A stretch of 64,000 nucleotides of DNA from Planctomycetota bacterium (lineage in GTDB: Bacteria > Planctomycetota > B15-G4 > SIAN01). This document shows positions 19,849 to 29,486 of this stretch, in pieces (within the stretch, counting starts at the first letter, position 1; each line of letters begins with the position of its first letter). Under the pieces are notes generated by a model. It did not search any database. It was not told the DNA's origin and saw only the letters and a list, made by a program, of their open reading frames with translations. Both the position numbers and the translations under genes were made by a program. The stretch covers positions 1 to 64,000 of the forward strand of contig JANNXA010000037.1 of assembly GCA_031409275.1 (NCBI GenBank), written 5' to 3'.

Positions 19849-22191
19849 ATGGCAAGGACGGCGGCGAAGTCGGGCCAGCGAATGGCGTGGTGCGGCGTCC
19901 TGTTGACGGCGGCGTGCTTGGCGCCGAAAGCGGATCCGCTGCGCCAACGACCGCTTCAGGTGCAGGGCGATGCGTACCTGCCCATCGACGGGGAGAGTGT
20001 CGCGGCGGACGGGCACCGCGCGCCGCTGCTGCCGGAGCGGCTCCTGCCGCTGGCCCTGGGCGCGGTTCGCCCGCACGGGTGGTTGGCGGCGCAGCTGAGC
20101 CGGCTCGCCGAGGGTTGCGTCGTGCGCGGCCCCGCGGCCCGCGGATTCGCCAAGCCCGCGCCGTTCGAGGTGGCGTCCGCGACGCGCGGCGACGCGTCCG
20201 ACGGTGAAGCGTTGGCGGCGTGGCTCCAAGGACTCGTGCCGCTCGCGTTCCTGCTCGATGGGGCGCCGGTGCGACGCGACGAGCTGCAGGCGCTGGCGCG
20301 CGGCTGGATCGAGGTCGTGCTGACGAGTCGAGCGGCCGATGGCTGGTTCGGGCCGCCGCGCTCGGCGGGGGATCTCACGGCCAGCGCGCAGTGGTCGCTG
20401 CTCGAGGCGTTGCGCCGCTGGCACGACGTCACGGGCGATCCGCGCGGGATCGAGCTTGGCGTCGCGTTCGCTCGCGGCCTGGCGGCCTGGCCTGCCGACG
20501 AACGGCAGCGCCTGGAGACCTCGTTGGCGTCGAGCGATGCGACGCGCGGGAGGGCGACCGCGCAGTTGCACTGGCTCTACGACCGGAGCGGCGATGCGTC
20601 GCTGCTCGAACTGGCGCAGCGCTTCGCCGCGGGCGGCGCGACCGTCGCGGCGAGCGACGGTGGCGATGACGACGCGCGTGCCGAGGTTTCGGTGCGCGCC
20701 TGGATCGCGAGACTCGATCGCTTCGAGCAGCGCTTGGCCGAGGAGGGCGACGCGCAGTGGGCCGACGCGTGCGCCGACGTGGCGTTCAACACGCTGCCGG
20801 CCTTCTTCGCGCCCGACGGCAAGGCGGTGCGCGATCGCCTCGCGGTCAACGACGTCGCGGAGGCGTCGCGTTTCGCTGCCGACGGCGATGCCGCCTTCGA
20901 TCGCGAACTGCTGGCGCTCGGCCAGGGATGGCCGAGCTACGTGCAGCATGCGTGGATGGCGACGCGCGATGGCGGCGTCGCGGCGCTGCTGCATGGGCCG
21001 ACGACGGTCTCGTTCGACCTCGATGCGCGGCGCGGCGCGTCGATCGAGGCGCAGACGACCTATCCCTTCGACGCGACGATCCGCTACACGATTCGACTCT
21101 GGTCCAGGGTCGACTCGGCGCCGCCGTCCCTGCGCCCCGCACCCGATCCGGCGCGCTTCCCCATCTGGCTCTGCATCCCGGAGTGGTGCCAGGCGCCGGT
21201 GGTCACGGTGGATGGTCGCGATTTTCGTCCGCAGCCGGGCAGCAGCCACTTCGTGCGGCTCGAACGCGAGTGGCGCCATGGCGACGTGGTTGCGCTCCAA
21301 CTGCCGATGGCCGTGCAGGTACGTCCGCGGATCGGTTCGAACGGCGCGGACGGCGCGGTGACGATCACGCGCGGCCCGCTCGCCTACTCGCTCGACGTCG
21401 GCGAATCGTGGCGCCGAGCGGGCGGCGACGACGAATGGCCGAGCCGCGAATGTGCGGCCACGCGGCCATGGAACTTCGCGCTCGCCCTCGATCCCGAACT
21501 TGCCGCGCGCGGCATCGAGGTCGTGGCGCGGCCGGACCGCTTCCGTACCGATCCGTTCGTGCTGCCGGCCCCGATCGAGCTGCGCGCGAAGGGGCGCCGC
21601 GTCCACGAGTGGACGCGGGTGGACGGCCGCTGCGGCGCGTTGCAGGCCAGTCCGGTCGCGACCAGCGCTCCGCTCGAAGAGCTGCGCCTGGTGCCGATCG
21701 GAAGCGCGCGCGCGCGCCTCGGCGTCTTCCCGGTCGCTGGGCTGCTCGGGAAGGGGACGGCCTGGAGCCGGTCGCGCGAGCTGCCGCGAGCCTCGCATCG
21801 CCACGACGACCCCTTTGCGCCGTTCGATGGGATCGTGCCCGCCCGCTCGGACGATCGCGAGGTCGCGCGCTTCACGTTCTGGGACCATCTCGGTGGCGTC
21901 GAGTGGATCGAGCAGGAGTGGCGCGAGCCGACGACGCTCGGCCGCAGTTCCGTCTTCTGGTTCGAGGATGCCGTCGTCGGTGGATGTCGCGTGCCGAAGA
22001 GCTGGCGGCTGCTGTGGCGCGATCGCAACGGCGGTTGGCAGCCCGTCGATGCGAAGGGGGCGTACGGCGTGGCGCGCGATGGCTGGAACGAAGTCGAGTT
22101 CACGCCGATCAAGACCACCGCGCTGCGCCTCGAAGTGACGCAGGTCGACGGCGCGTCGAGCGGCCTCTACGAATGGTCCGCTTCCGAGTGA
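19849..22191 (+). CDS. GH127-like (beta-L-arabinofuranosidase-like) protein with C-terminal discoidin-like domain, apparently degenerate
   Basis: LPLALGAVRPHGWL, GWPSYVQHAW, TTYPFD, LCIPEWC, REWRHGDVV.LQLPM, RGPLAYSL; Zn/Cys motifs not seen. Confidence 0.7.
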   Translation: MARTAAKSGQRMAWCGVLLTAACLAPKADPLRQRPLQVQGDAYLPIDGESVAADGHRAPLLPERLLPLALGAVRPHGWLAAQLSRLAEGCVVRGPAARGFAKPAPFEVASATRGDASDGEALAAWLQGLVPLAFLLDGAPVRRDELQALARGWIEVVLTSRAADGWFGPPRSAGDLTASAQWSLLEALRRWHDVTGDPRGIELGVAFARGLAAWPADERQRLETSLASSDATRGRATAQLHWLYDRSGDASLLELAQRFAAGGATVAASDGGDDDARAEVSVRAWIARLDRFEQRLAEEGDAQWADACADVAFNTLPAFFAPDGKAVRDRLAVNDVAEASRFAADGDAAFDRELLALGQGWPSYVQHAWMATRDGGVAALLHGPTTVSFDLDARRGASIEAQTTYPFDATIRYTIRLWSRVDSAPPSLRPAPDPARFPIWLCIPEWCQAPVVTVDGRDFRPQPGSSHFVRLEREWRHGDVVALQLPMAVQVRPRIGSNGADGAVTITRGPLAYSLDVGESWRRAGGDDEWPSRECAATRPWNFALALDPELAARGIEVVARPDRFRTDPFVLPAPIELRAKGRRVHEWTRVDGRCGALQASPVATSAPLEELRLVPIGSARARLGVFPVAGLLGKGTAWSRSRELPRASHRHDDPFAPFDGIVPARSDDREVARFTFWDHLGGVEWIEQEWREPTTLGRSSVFWFEDAVVGGCRVPKSWRLLWRDRNGGWQPVDAKGAYGVARDGWNEVEFTPIKTTALRLEVTQVDGASSGLYEWSASE

Positions 22192-22484
22192 GGCCGCTGC
22201 CAGCGCTCGAGCCGCGGCAGGCTGCGGGTGAAGAAGCTGGCGAGGAAGCCGGGGATGCGCATCTCGACCAGCTTGGCGCGCACGCGCTGGCGCATCTCTT
22301 CGACGGTGAGGTCGGGCAGGACGTAGCGGCCACCGACGTAGCAATGGCTGCAGAACTTCGCGCTTTTCGAGCCGTCCGCTTCGGTGCCGCCGCCCTGCTC
22401 GTCGCGATTCATCGGCATGCCGCAACTCTGGCACGCGCGGTAGACCTTGGCGGTCGTGCTGCCGCTCGCCATCGCATGCTCCAT
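22167..22484 (-). CDS. Zinc-ribbon domain protein
   Basis: CQSCGMPM, GGTEADGSKS..FCSHCY, LPRLERW. Confidence 0.85.
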   Translation of the reverse strand: MEHAMASGSTTAKVYRACQSCGMPMNRDEQGGGTEADGSKSAKFCSHCYVGGRYVLPDLTVEEMRQRVRAKLVEMRIPGFLASFFTRSLPRLERWQRPHSEADHS

Positions 22485-22526
22485 GTCGCGTCGTGATCGA
22501 GTCGATCGAATCGGAGTTCACCCAAG

Positions 22527-22967
22527 ATGCCACGCCCCGCGCTGCTCTTCCATCTCGCCATCGCCGTCCGCGACCTCGCGTCGACCCGCGCTTTCTACGG
22601 TGGAGTGCTCGGCTGCCCCGAGGCGCGCGGCCATGACGACTCCTGCACCTTCGACTGGTTCGGCCACCAACTCGTCTGCCACGTCGCTCCGGAAGTGGTG
22701 GCGCGTGACGAGGCGCACCGAGCGACGGACGGCTCGATGGGCGACGACGCGGTGCCGCCCCGCCACTTCGGCGCGATCTTCTCGTGGCAGGAATGGCCGC
22801 ACTGGATCGCCCGGCTGCGCACGGCCGGGGTGAAGTTCCTGGTCGAGCCGGGCGAGCACGACCACGGCGCAGGCGGCCGGCAGGCGACCTGCTTCTTCGC
22901 CGACCCGAGCGGCAACGTCATCGAGTGGAAGGCGCTGAAGGAGCCGGAACGATTGTTCGCGAAGTGA
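22527..22967 (+). CDS. VOC/glyoxalase family protein
   Basis: FHLAIAVRDL..TRAFYGGVLGC, FGHQLVCH, HFG, FADPSGNVIE. Confidence 0.88.
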   Translation: MPRPALLFHLAIAVRDLASTRAFYGGVLGCPEARGHDDSCTFDWFGHQLVCHVAPEVVARDEAHRATDGSMGDDAVPPRHFGAIFSWQEWPHWIARLRTAGVKFLVEPGEHDHGAGGRQATCFFADPSGNVIEWKALKEPERLFAK

Positions 22968-23019
22968 GCGGCGGTACGCTCCGCCCATCGTCGACGCCGC
23001 TTTTCTCGGGAGGATCGCC

Positions 23020-23349
23020 ATGCAGCGCAGTGAGTCGCCCGTGATTCGTCGGCTGGCGCTGCCAGTGCTACTGCTGCTCGGCGCCTGTCGCAGTCCAGCG
23101 CATGAGGTCGCACCGGCTTCGACAGCCGTTGGGTGCACGCTCTGCTACTCGGAGGTGGAGCGCGTTCGCGTCGCCGGTGGCAAGTCGCCGGCGGGGCGGG
23201 TGATCCGCGTGCCGCGCCACCAGTGCCCCGAGTGCCGCGGCAACGTCGAGATCGTCAGTCAGGACGGCGTCGACACGTTGAACTGCAGCCACTGCGCGCC
23301 CGAAGGCGTGGCCTGCGATCGTTGCGTGCCACCCGCGAAACAGAAGTGA
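23020..23349 (+). CDS. Small Cys-rich lipoprotein (4 CxxC)
   Basis: GGAGGA RBS; lipobox LLGAC; CTLC, CPEC, CSHC, CDRC. Confidence 0.65.
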   Translation: MQRSESPVIRRLALPVLLLLGACRSPAHEVAPASTAVGCTLCYSEVERVRVAGGKSPAGRVIRVPRHQCPECRGNVEIVSQDGVDTLNCSHCAPEGVACDRCVPPAKQK

Positions 23350-23373
23350 GATCGACGGCTCGGCTCGCGGCCG

Positions 23374-23994
23374 TCACTTGCCCCGCATCTGGTTGCGGTT
23401 CCATTCGGGGAACGGCACGCCGTCGACCAGCAACTCCTCGGTCGCGCTCCTGCCATCGGCGGCGACGCGCACTGCCAGCGTGAGCTCGGGACGCCTGGTC
23501 TCGCGCTGCCACCACTGCGTCGGGTCTTGCGCGTTGCCCGGGATGTAGTAGCGATCGAGACCGAGGTCGAGCTGGAGCCAGCTGTCGTTCGACCATCGGA
23601 CGCGGCTCTTCAGGAATGGCGAGCGCGCCTGCGCGACGGCGTCTCCGATCAGGAGGCGGCGCGCGCTGCGCGGAGTGCCCTCGGTGGCGAGTTCGAGCGC
23701 CGCCTCGTGGCCGAAGTAGCGGCCGAGTGGAACGCTCGCGTCGGCCGCCGACACGTCGCCGCCCGCCACGATCTCGACCGCGGCCGGGTCCACTCGCTCC
23801 ACCACGACGCGAATCGAGAGGTAGCGGCCCGCCAGCGGATCGAAGGGGTCGACCGGTGCGACCGCCAACACGACGCGCTCCCCGCCGGCCAGCGCACGCT
23901 CTTGCGCGGCGACCATCCAACCCAGGAATCCCAGTTGCATCAGGATCGCCAGGAACCATGCGGTCGAGTGCTTCGAAAGGGTGAGCTGGCTCAT
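23374..23994 (-). CDS. GDYXXLXY domain protein
   Basis: APVDPFDPLAGRYLSI, LGLDRYYIP; usual partner of DUF2157. Confidence 0.8.
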   Translation of the reverse strand: MSQLTLSKHSTAWFLAILMQLGFLGWMVAAQERALAGGERVVLAVAPVDPFDPLAGRYLSIRVVVERVDPAAVEIVAGGDVSAADASVPLGRYFGHEAALELATEGTPRSARRLLIGDAVAQARSPFLKSRVRWSNDSWLQLDLGLDRYYIPGNAQDPTQWWQRETRRPELTLAVRVAADGRSATEELLVDGVPFPEWNRNQMRGK

Positions 23995-25205
23995 GAGTGT
24001 TGCTCCCGGACGCGGGCGATCAGACGGCGGCGGGCACGCTCGGCGATGTAGCCCACCAGCAGCAGGGTGAGGCCTGCGCCGAGGAAGGTGATCGAGAGGT
24101 CGAGGCCCTTGGGGGTCCATTCGAAGTAGCGCGCCAGCACGGTGGCGACGAAGACGGCGATCGCGAAGTTGACGTCCGCCTCAGCGCCGTGGCGCACGCC
24201 TCGAACGATGGTGGCCAGCACGCCGATGGCGATCAGGAGGTTGGCCAGCAGGTGCAGCGAGTCGGGTCGCTGCGCGTGCATCACGCCCAGCGCGACGAAG
24301 GCGACCGCGCCAAACGCGACATCGAGCCCCTCGCGCCAGAAGACCGAGCGATCGCCGCCGCGCCAGGCTGCGAGCCAGGTGGCGAGCAGCGCGACCAGCG
24401 TGGCGACCCCGCCGGGCAGCAGCAGGTCGGCAACCAGCGATGCGAGATGGACGTGCGCGTCGCTGCTTCCCCAGCGGAACAGGTCGAGGAAACCGTGGAA
24501 GCCGAGCAGGAAGAGGACGCCGAATGCGACGACCCGCGCCAGCGGTGCGAGCAGGTCGGCGAGCGCCGCGGCGCCGCGCGCGCGGAAGGCGGCCGCCGCC
24601 GCCAGCAGCAGGTGGGCGCCGCCGAACAGCGCGAAGGTGACCGCGGTCTCGGCGTGGTGACCATGACGCAGCTCGGCCCATGCGTTGGCGAAACAGCCGA
24701 TCCAGGTCATGAAGAGCGCGCTGACGATCAGCAGGAAGAAGCGGCGCCGTGACAACAGGAGGAACGGCACGTTCAAGAGCCACCACGCCAGCAGCCCGTT
24801 CTGCCAGCGCGATTCGAGGTGGTAGGTCTGCGCCACCAGACCGATCGCGCCGCCGAGTCCGATCATCGCAGCAGCGGTCAGCGCGGTGCCGACGGCCGGG
24901 GCGCGATCGGTCGCGACGGCGAGCCAGAAGCCCGCGAGGTGGAGCAGCGCCAGCGCGCCGAGGACGACGCCGAGCTGCATCGCCTTCGACAGCTCTTCCC
25001 AATGCCAGGCGATGAAGGAGAGCAGCGAGGCGGAGAGCAGCAGCCCGCCCAGCGCCGCGACGATGCGCACCGTCATCCGGGTCGCATCGCGTGGCGCGGC
25101 CAACAGCTCGACCAGCCGCGGCGCGATGCGGCCGGCCTGTTCGCGATCGAGCAGCCCTTCGTTGGCGATCTGCTCGACCGCGCTCTCGATCGCTTCCCGT
25201 TTCAT
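23991..25205 (-). CDS. DUF2157 membrane protein
   Basis: LGGLLL..LLSFIAWHWEELS, GGAIGLVAQTYHL; many TM segments. Confidence 0.85.
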   Translation of the reverse strand: MKREAIESAVEQIANEGLLDREQAGRIAPRLVELLAAPRDATRMTVRIVAALGGLLLSASLLSFIAWHWEELSKAMQLGVVLGALALLHLAGFWLAVATDRAPAVGTALTAAAMIGLGGAIGLVAQTYHLESRWQNGLLAWWLLNVPFLLLSRRRFFLLIVSALFMTWIGCFANAWAELRHGHHAETAVTFALFGGAHLLLAAAAAFRARGAAALADLLAPLARVVAFGVLFLLGFHGFLDLFRWGSSDAHVHLASLVADLLLPGGVATLVALLATWLAAWRGGDRSVFWREGLDVAFGAVAFVALGVMHAQRPDSLHLLANLLIAIGVLATIVRGVRHGAEADVNFAIAVFVATVLARYFEWTPKGLDLSITFLGAGLTLLLVGYIAERARRRLIARVREQHS

Positions 25206-25303
25206 GCACGATACCTCGCTGCCGGTGGGGGCGCTTCACCGCGAACGGCGGTGCGCGCCCCCTCGCTCTTCTTGCGAGGCAATGGCAAGCGCGATGCCGC
25301 GTC

Positions 25304-26551
25304 TCACACCACCGGCGCGACGTCCTTCATCACCTCGGCGAGCAGCGCCGTGGCGAAGCAACCCGCCGGCAGCTGGAACGAGAAGCAGAGCGACCCTTCG
25401 TCGGGCAGCGCGACGACCTTGAAATCGACCGGCGCGAAGCGAAGTTCGCGACGCTCTCCCCACAACGCCATGCCTGCCGGCCGCGCCAAGTTCTCGGGTG
25501 GGACCTCGACGGCCGCGAACACCGAGCGCTCGAGGTCGCCGGGCACCCCTTCCGCGAGATCGACGCGCTCGCCGAAGAGCGGTCCGGTCGGGTGGAGCGC
25601 CAGCGCGGTGACGGCGGGCTGATCGGCGGCGGGGTCGGTGCAAGGCCGCGCGGTCGTGCCGTCATGCAGGAGATCGCCCACCAGCGCGACGTCGAGCTGC
25701 GCGAGCCGCTGCTCCAGCACGCGATTGAACAGCAGCGCCTGCCACGCCGAGAGCGCCATGCGGCGCATCGCCGGCGGGATCATCCCCGCGACGTAGCCCT
25801 TGGGTTTGCCGCGCGCCAGCATCTCGAGGAGGCGCGCCTCGCTGGTGAGGCGACCCGGCACCGAGGCGAGCGCTTCACGGTAGTTGCGGCGCTCGTAGGC
25901 GATGCGGAAGGTGCGCGCGCGCGGATCGCCTTCGCCGGGCGACGGAGCTCCCAGCACGAGGTCGAGCGCGCCGATCGCGTCGCGACGCAGCAGGCGCAGT
26001 CCGACCTCGGCCGCTTCGCCGCGCACCCCGAACCGTTGCGTCCCGAAGAAGTTCGGCACGCCGCGGCGCTGCAGCACGGCCACGATCTCCTTCGCGCGCG
26101 CCAGCGCCGCCATCTCGTCGCCGACGCCGCGCACGTGGATCACGAAGCGGTTGCCGGCGAGCTGGCCGGGGTGGAGCGCTTCGTGGTCGCGCGCGACCTC
26201 GACGATCTCGATGGCGCGCAGCTTGGCGGTCGAGAGTTTCTGCTCGGCCGACCACGGCACCGAGATCCACTGGCGCGAGACCGAGTCGGCGTCCTTCATG
26301 CCGGCCACGCCGATCTCGGCCGCAGGCACGTCGATCGCCGCGCTGATGCGCCGCTGCAGTTCGGGCGTCGAGATGCCGCGCTTCTCGATCAGCGCCCGCG
26401 CGAAGTCGCCCTCGCCGCTGGACTTGCGAAGCGGCACCTCCTCGACGCGGAAGTCCTCGGGACGCTCGCGCAGCACGCCGCCGATGCCCGGCAGCGACGC
26501 GGTGAGGAAGGCGGGAGGAGCGATCGGCTCCGGCAGTTCGGGATCGGTCAT
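25304..26551 (-). CDS. truD: tRNA pseudouridine(13) synthase
   Basis: PEDFRVEE, AGMKD (catalytic Asp), GNRF, PNFFGTQRFG, FQLPAGCFAT. Confidence 0.93.
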   Translation of the reverse strand: MTDPELPEPIAPPAFLTASLPGIGGVLRERPEDFRVEEVPLRKSSGEGDFARALIEKRGISTPELQRRISAAIDVPAAEIGVAGMKDADSVSRQWISVPWSAEQKLSTAKLRAIEIVEVARDHEALHPGQLAGNRFVIHVRGVGDEMAALARAKEIVAVLQRRGVPNFFGTQRFGVRGEAAEVGLRLLRRDAIGALDLVLGAPSPGEGDPRARTFRIAYERRNYREALASVPGRLTSEARLLEMLARGKPKGYVAGMIPPAMRRMALSAWQALLFNRVLEQRLAQLDVALVGDLLHDGTTARPCTDPAADQPAVTALALHPTGPLFGERVDLAEGVPGDLERSVFAAVEVPPENLARPAGMALWGERRELRFAPVDFKVVALPDEGSLCFSFQLPAGCFATALLAEVMKDVAPVV

Positions 26552-28323
26552 CGGCCACCGCCCTTCGTGGCGACGGCGGCGCCGAGCAGCGCGCGGCGCG
26601 CGAAGGCGACCGGGATCGAACCTTGCGCGAGCAGCTCGCCGTGGAAGCGCAGGTCGCTGTAGTCGCGGCCCCACGCGTTGCGGCATTCATCCTGCAGCGC
26701 GGCGATCTGCTGCTCGCCATAGAGATAGGCGCATTGATAGAGCGGCGAATAAGTCATGTAGCGGTCGACCTCGGCTTGGGCGGCGCTGCGTTCGAGGCCG
26801 GCGTGCTCGACCATGAAGTCGACCATCTGCGCCGGCGTCCACTCGCGCAGGTGGAAACGGGTGGACACGATGATGCGCGCTGCACGCAGCAGCCGCCAGA
26901 ACCGATGTCCGATCCGTTCGCGAGGATCGCGGAAGAAGCCGTTCTCGTCGAACACCTTCTCGCAGTGGACCGCCCACCCCTCGACGAAGAAGGGCGAGTG
27001 CCAGAGCGCCCGTTCCGGCCGGCGCTGGGCGTTGAAGCCCTGCAGGTGGTGGCCGGGGATCAGCTCGTGCGGGACCACGGTGCGGGTGGTCGGGCGCGCG
27101 TTGCTGCGCAGCGCCTCCTGCTTGCGCTGGTCGTCCATGTCGGGGAGCGGCGCGCCGACCCCCATGAAGTTCTCGCCGTAGAAGCCGTAGGCGAGCGTCT
27201 TCTGCGTGTCGAAGTCGGAGAGCTTGAGGCGCCAGCACTCGCGCGCCAGAGGATCGATCGGGAAGAGCTGCTTTGCCTCGGCGAAGGCGATCGCGGCCGC
27301 GGCGACCTCCTGCACGTAGAGGCGCTGGCCGCCGACGGGCACCGTGTCGCGCTTGGCCAGTTCGAGCCCCAGCCGCCAGTCGGGCGGCCCCTCGCGCAGT
27401 GCGGGCGGCAGGTCGACGGGAAGCGCGAAGCCCGGCGTCGCCAGCCACTGCACCGTCTGCGCCGTCATCTCCGCCTGCAGCACCGCGAGCTGCTCCTCGC
27501 CGAACGCCAGCATCTGCTCGGGCGTGAGGTCGATCTGCTCGAAGGCGAGCTCGGCGGCGTAGCGCTCGCGGCCGATGGCCAACGGATTGCCGGCGGCGCT
27601 CTTCTTCATCTCCTGTTCCTGCTCGCGCAGCCAGGTCGCGTGCGCGTCGAGCTCGCGGTCGAGCGCGGCGGCCGGCTGCGTCGCCCAGAAGGCGATCAGC
27701 GGCTCGGCGGGAGCGTTGCGGTGCAGCCAATCGGCGACGAAGTCGCGTGACTGGCGCGTGATCTCGGCGGCGTAGCGCAGCGCCGCTGGGTTGCTGCGCC
27801 AGGCGGCGTTCGCGGTCGCGGTGAGGTCCGCCATCGCGGAGCGCGCCGTCACGGCTGCCGCCGCGGCCGCTGAAAGTTCGGCGGCGATGGCGGCGGCGTC
27901 GAAGGGCTGCCCCGCTCGATCGAGCGACTCGAGGCGCGCGACGGCGTCATGGAACGGCAGCAACGGCGCGGCGGCGGCCGCGTCCTGCTCGCGCCAGTCG
28001 AGGCGGGTGAGCTCCTCCGCGATGCGCGCCAGCAGCAGCGCACGGTCGACGTCGCCGTCGCGGTCGAGGCTGGCCGCGTCGATCGACGTGAAATGGGCCG
28101 CCGACTGCTCGAGGAACGTGCGCCGCCGCGCGCGCACCGCCGCGGTCTCGACCGGATGGAACCGATCGAGCAGCTCCGCATCGCGCGCGAAGCGCAGCAG
28201 TTGCGCCGCCAGCGATCGGGGCGCGGTCGCCGCGGGTGGAGCCGGCGCGAATGTCACGAGGGGCGTGGCCTGTGGCGCGGCGCATGCCGCGGCGAGCACG
28301 AGGGTCAGCGGCAGTGCGCTCAT
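26548..28323 (-). CDS. DUF885 family protein
   Basis: HELIPGHHLQ, FVEGWA..E, RAARII, AEVDRY, YLYG. Confidence 0.88.
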   Translation of the reverse strand: MSALPLTLVLAAACAAPQATPLVTFAPAPPAATAPRSLAAQLLRFARDAELLDRFHPVETAAVRARRRTFLEQSAAHFTSIDAASLDRDGDVDRALLLARIAEELTRLDWREQDAAAAAPLLPFHDAVARLESLDRAGQPFDAAAIAAELSAAAAAAVTARSAMADLTATANAAWRSNPAALRYAAEITRQSRDFVADWLHRNAPAEPLIAFWATQPAAALDRELDAHATWLREQEQEMKKSAAGNPLAIGRERYAAELAFEQIDLTPEQMLAFGEEQLAVLQAEMTAQTVQWLATPGFALPVDLPPALREGPPDWRLGLELAKRDTVPVGGQRLYVQEVAAAAIAFAEAKQLFPIDPLARECWRLKLSDFDTQKTLAYGFYGENFMGVGAPLPDMDDQRKQEALRSNARPTTRTVVPHELIPGHHLQGFNAQRRPERALWHSPFFVEGWAVHCEKVFDENGFFRDPRERIGHRFWRLLRAARIIVSTRFHLREWTPAQMVDFMVEHAGLERSAAQAEVDRYMTYSPLYQCAYLYGEQQIAALQDECRNAWGRDYSDLRFHGELLAQGSIPVAFARRALLGAAVATKGGGR

Positions 28324-29459
28324 CGGTGGCTCGCGTGGATGCGGACGTCGCCGCTGTCGGTGGAGAGGCGAATGGGGGCGCCGCCGCCGCGAAGCTGCAT
28401 CACGAGGTGATCGTCGCGGGTCGTGTCGCCGCTGGCGGCGCGCGTGATCTGGCAGTCGACGCTGCCAAAGCGCGTGCGCGCGTCGAGGTCGCCGGAGAGC
28501 GTCTCCGGCGCGACGAGTTCGACATCGCCGAAGCGGGAGGCGAGGACGTAGTCGCCGCGATCGGCGGGGATCTCGCCGCAACGCAGCTCGACATCGCCGG
28601 AACTCGTCTCCGCATCGACCGCCGAGAAGACGCCCTCGAGCTCGATCGAGCCGAAGCCCGCGCGCACGTGCGCCGAGCCGGTGAACTGGTCGATCCGGAT
28701 CGAACCGCTGCGCGAATCGGCGATGACTTCGCCGCGACCTCCGCGCAGCTTGACGTCGCCGAAGTTCGAGGTCAGCTCGATGCGCGCTTTTCCGGCGTCG
28801 CTGCAGGTGACGGCGCCGCTGCTCGTGTGGGCGACGAGGCGCGCCCCGGAGCAATGGCGCAGCGTGACGTCGCCGAAGCTGCTGTTCGCCTCGACGTCGC
28901 CCGCCACTTCGGAGAGTTCGATGGCTCCGGAGCTCGAGCGCGCGACCACCTTGCCGGTGGCGCCGTTCATGCGGACGTCGCCGAACGCGGTGGTCAGGCT
29001 TGCGTCGGCGACGACGCCCTGAACCTCGATGTCGCCGCACGCCGTCTCGATCGTCAGCGTCGTCGCCGCGGGCAGCCACAGCTCGACGTCGGCGCGGACG
29101 CCTTGGCCGCTCGAGAACTCGCCCCGCACGGCGTGGAGCACGGTCTCGCGCGAATCGCCGGAGACGTCGAAGCGTGCGGTCGCCAACGCCGCTTCCGCCG
29201 CGGCGACGTTGCGGCCGTAGCCATGCCAGCGAGCGACCATCCGCGGGGTCTCACCGCTGACATGCACCGTGACGTCCCCGTCGCCCTCGCGCAGGATCAG
29301 GGTTCCGTTGGCGGCAAGCGGCAGCGCCGCGTCATCGACGCGCTCCGCTTTCGGGTCGCCGAACATCGTGGCGCCGCCATTGCTGCGGATCTCGATCGAG
29401 CAGGCGGTGAACGGCGCCGTGGCGAACCACAGCGCGGCGGCGGCGAAACGGCGATTCAT
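28320..29459 (-). CDS. DUF4097 beta-strand repeat (adhesin-like) lipoprotein
   Basis: Repeated T/S-S-(F/S)-G-D-V units; lipobox FTAC. Confidence 0.8.
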   Translation of the reverse strand: MNRRFAAAALWFATAPFTACSIEIRSNGGATMFGDPKAERVDDAALPLAANGTLILREGDGDVTVHVSGETPRMVARWHGYGRNVAAAEAALATARFDVSGDSRETVLHAVRGEFSSGQGVRADVELWLPAATTLTIETACGDIEVQGVVADASLTTAFGDVRMNGATGKVVARSSSGAIELSEVAGDVEANSSFGDVTLRHCSGARLVAHTSSGAVTCSDAGKARIELTSNFGDVKLRGGRGEVIADSRSGSIRIDQFTGSAHVRAGFGSIELEGVFSAVDAETSSGDVELRCGEIPADRGDYVLASRFGDVELVAPETLSGDLDARTRFGSVDCQITRAASGDTTRDDHLVMQLRGGGAPIRLSTDSGDVRIHASHR

Positions 29460-29486
29460 CAGAGGGCTCCTTGCGTTCAGCGATTC

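Noticed and set aside
19795..22533. Long antisense and alternate-frame ORFs (this one, 34932..37802, 28236..30878, 13841..16222 and others)
   Set aside because: Arg/Ala/Pro-rich shadows of real genes, expected in high-GC DNA; no motifs
23020..23349. Multiheme cytochrome c
   Set aside because: CxxC motifs are not followed by His
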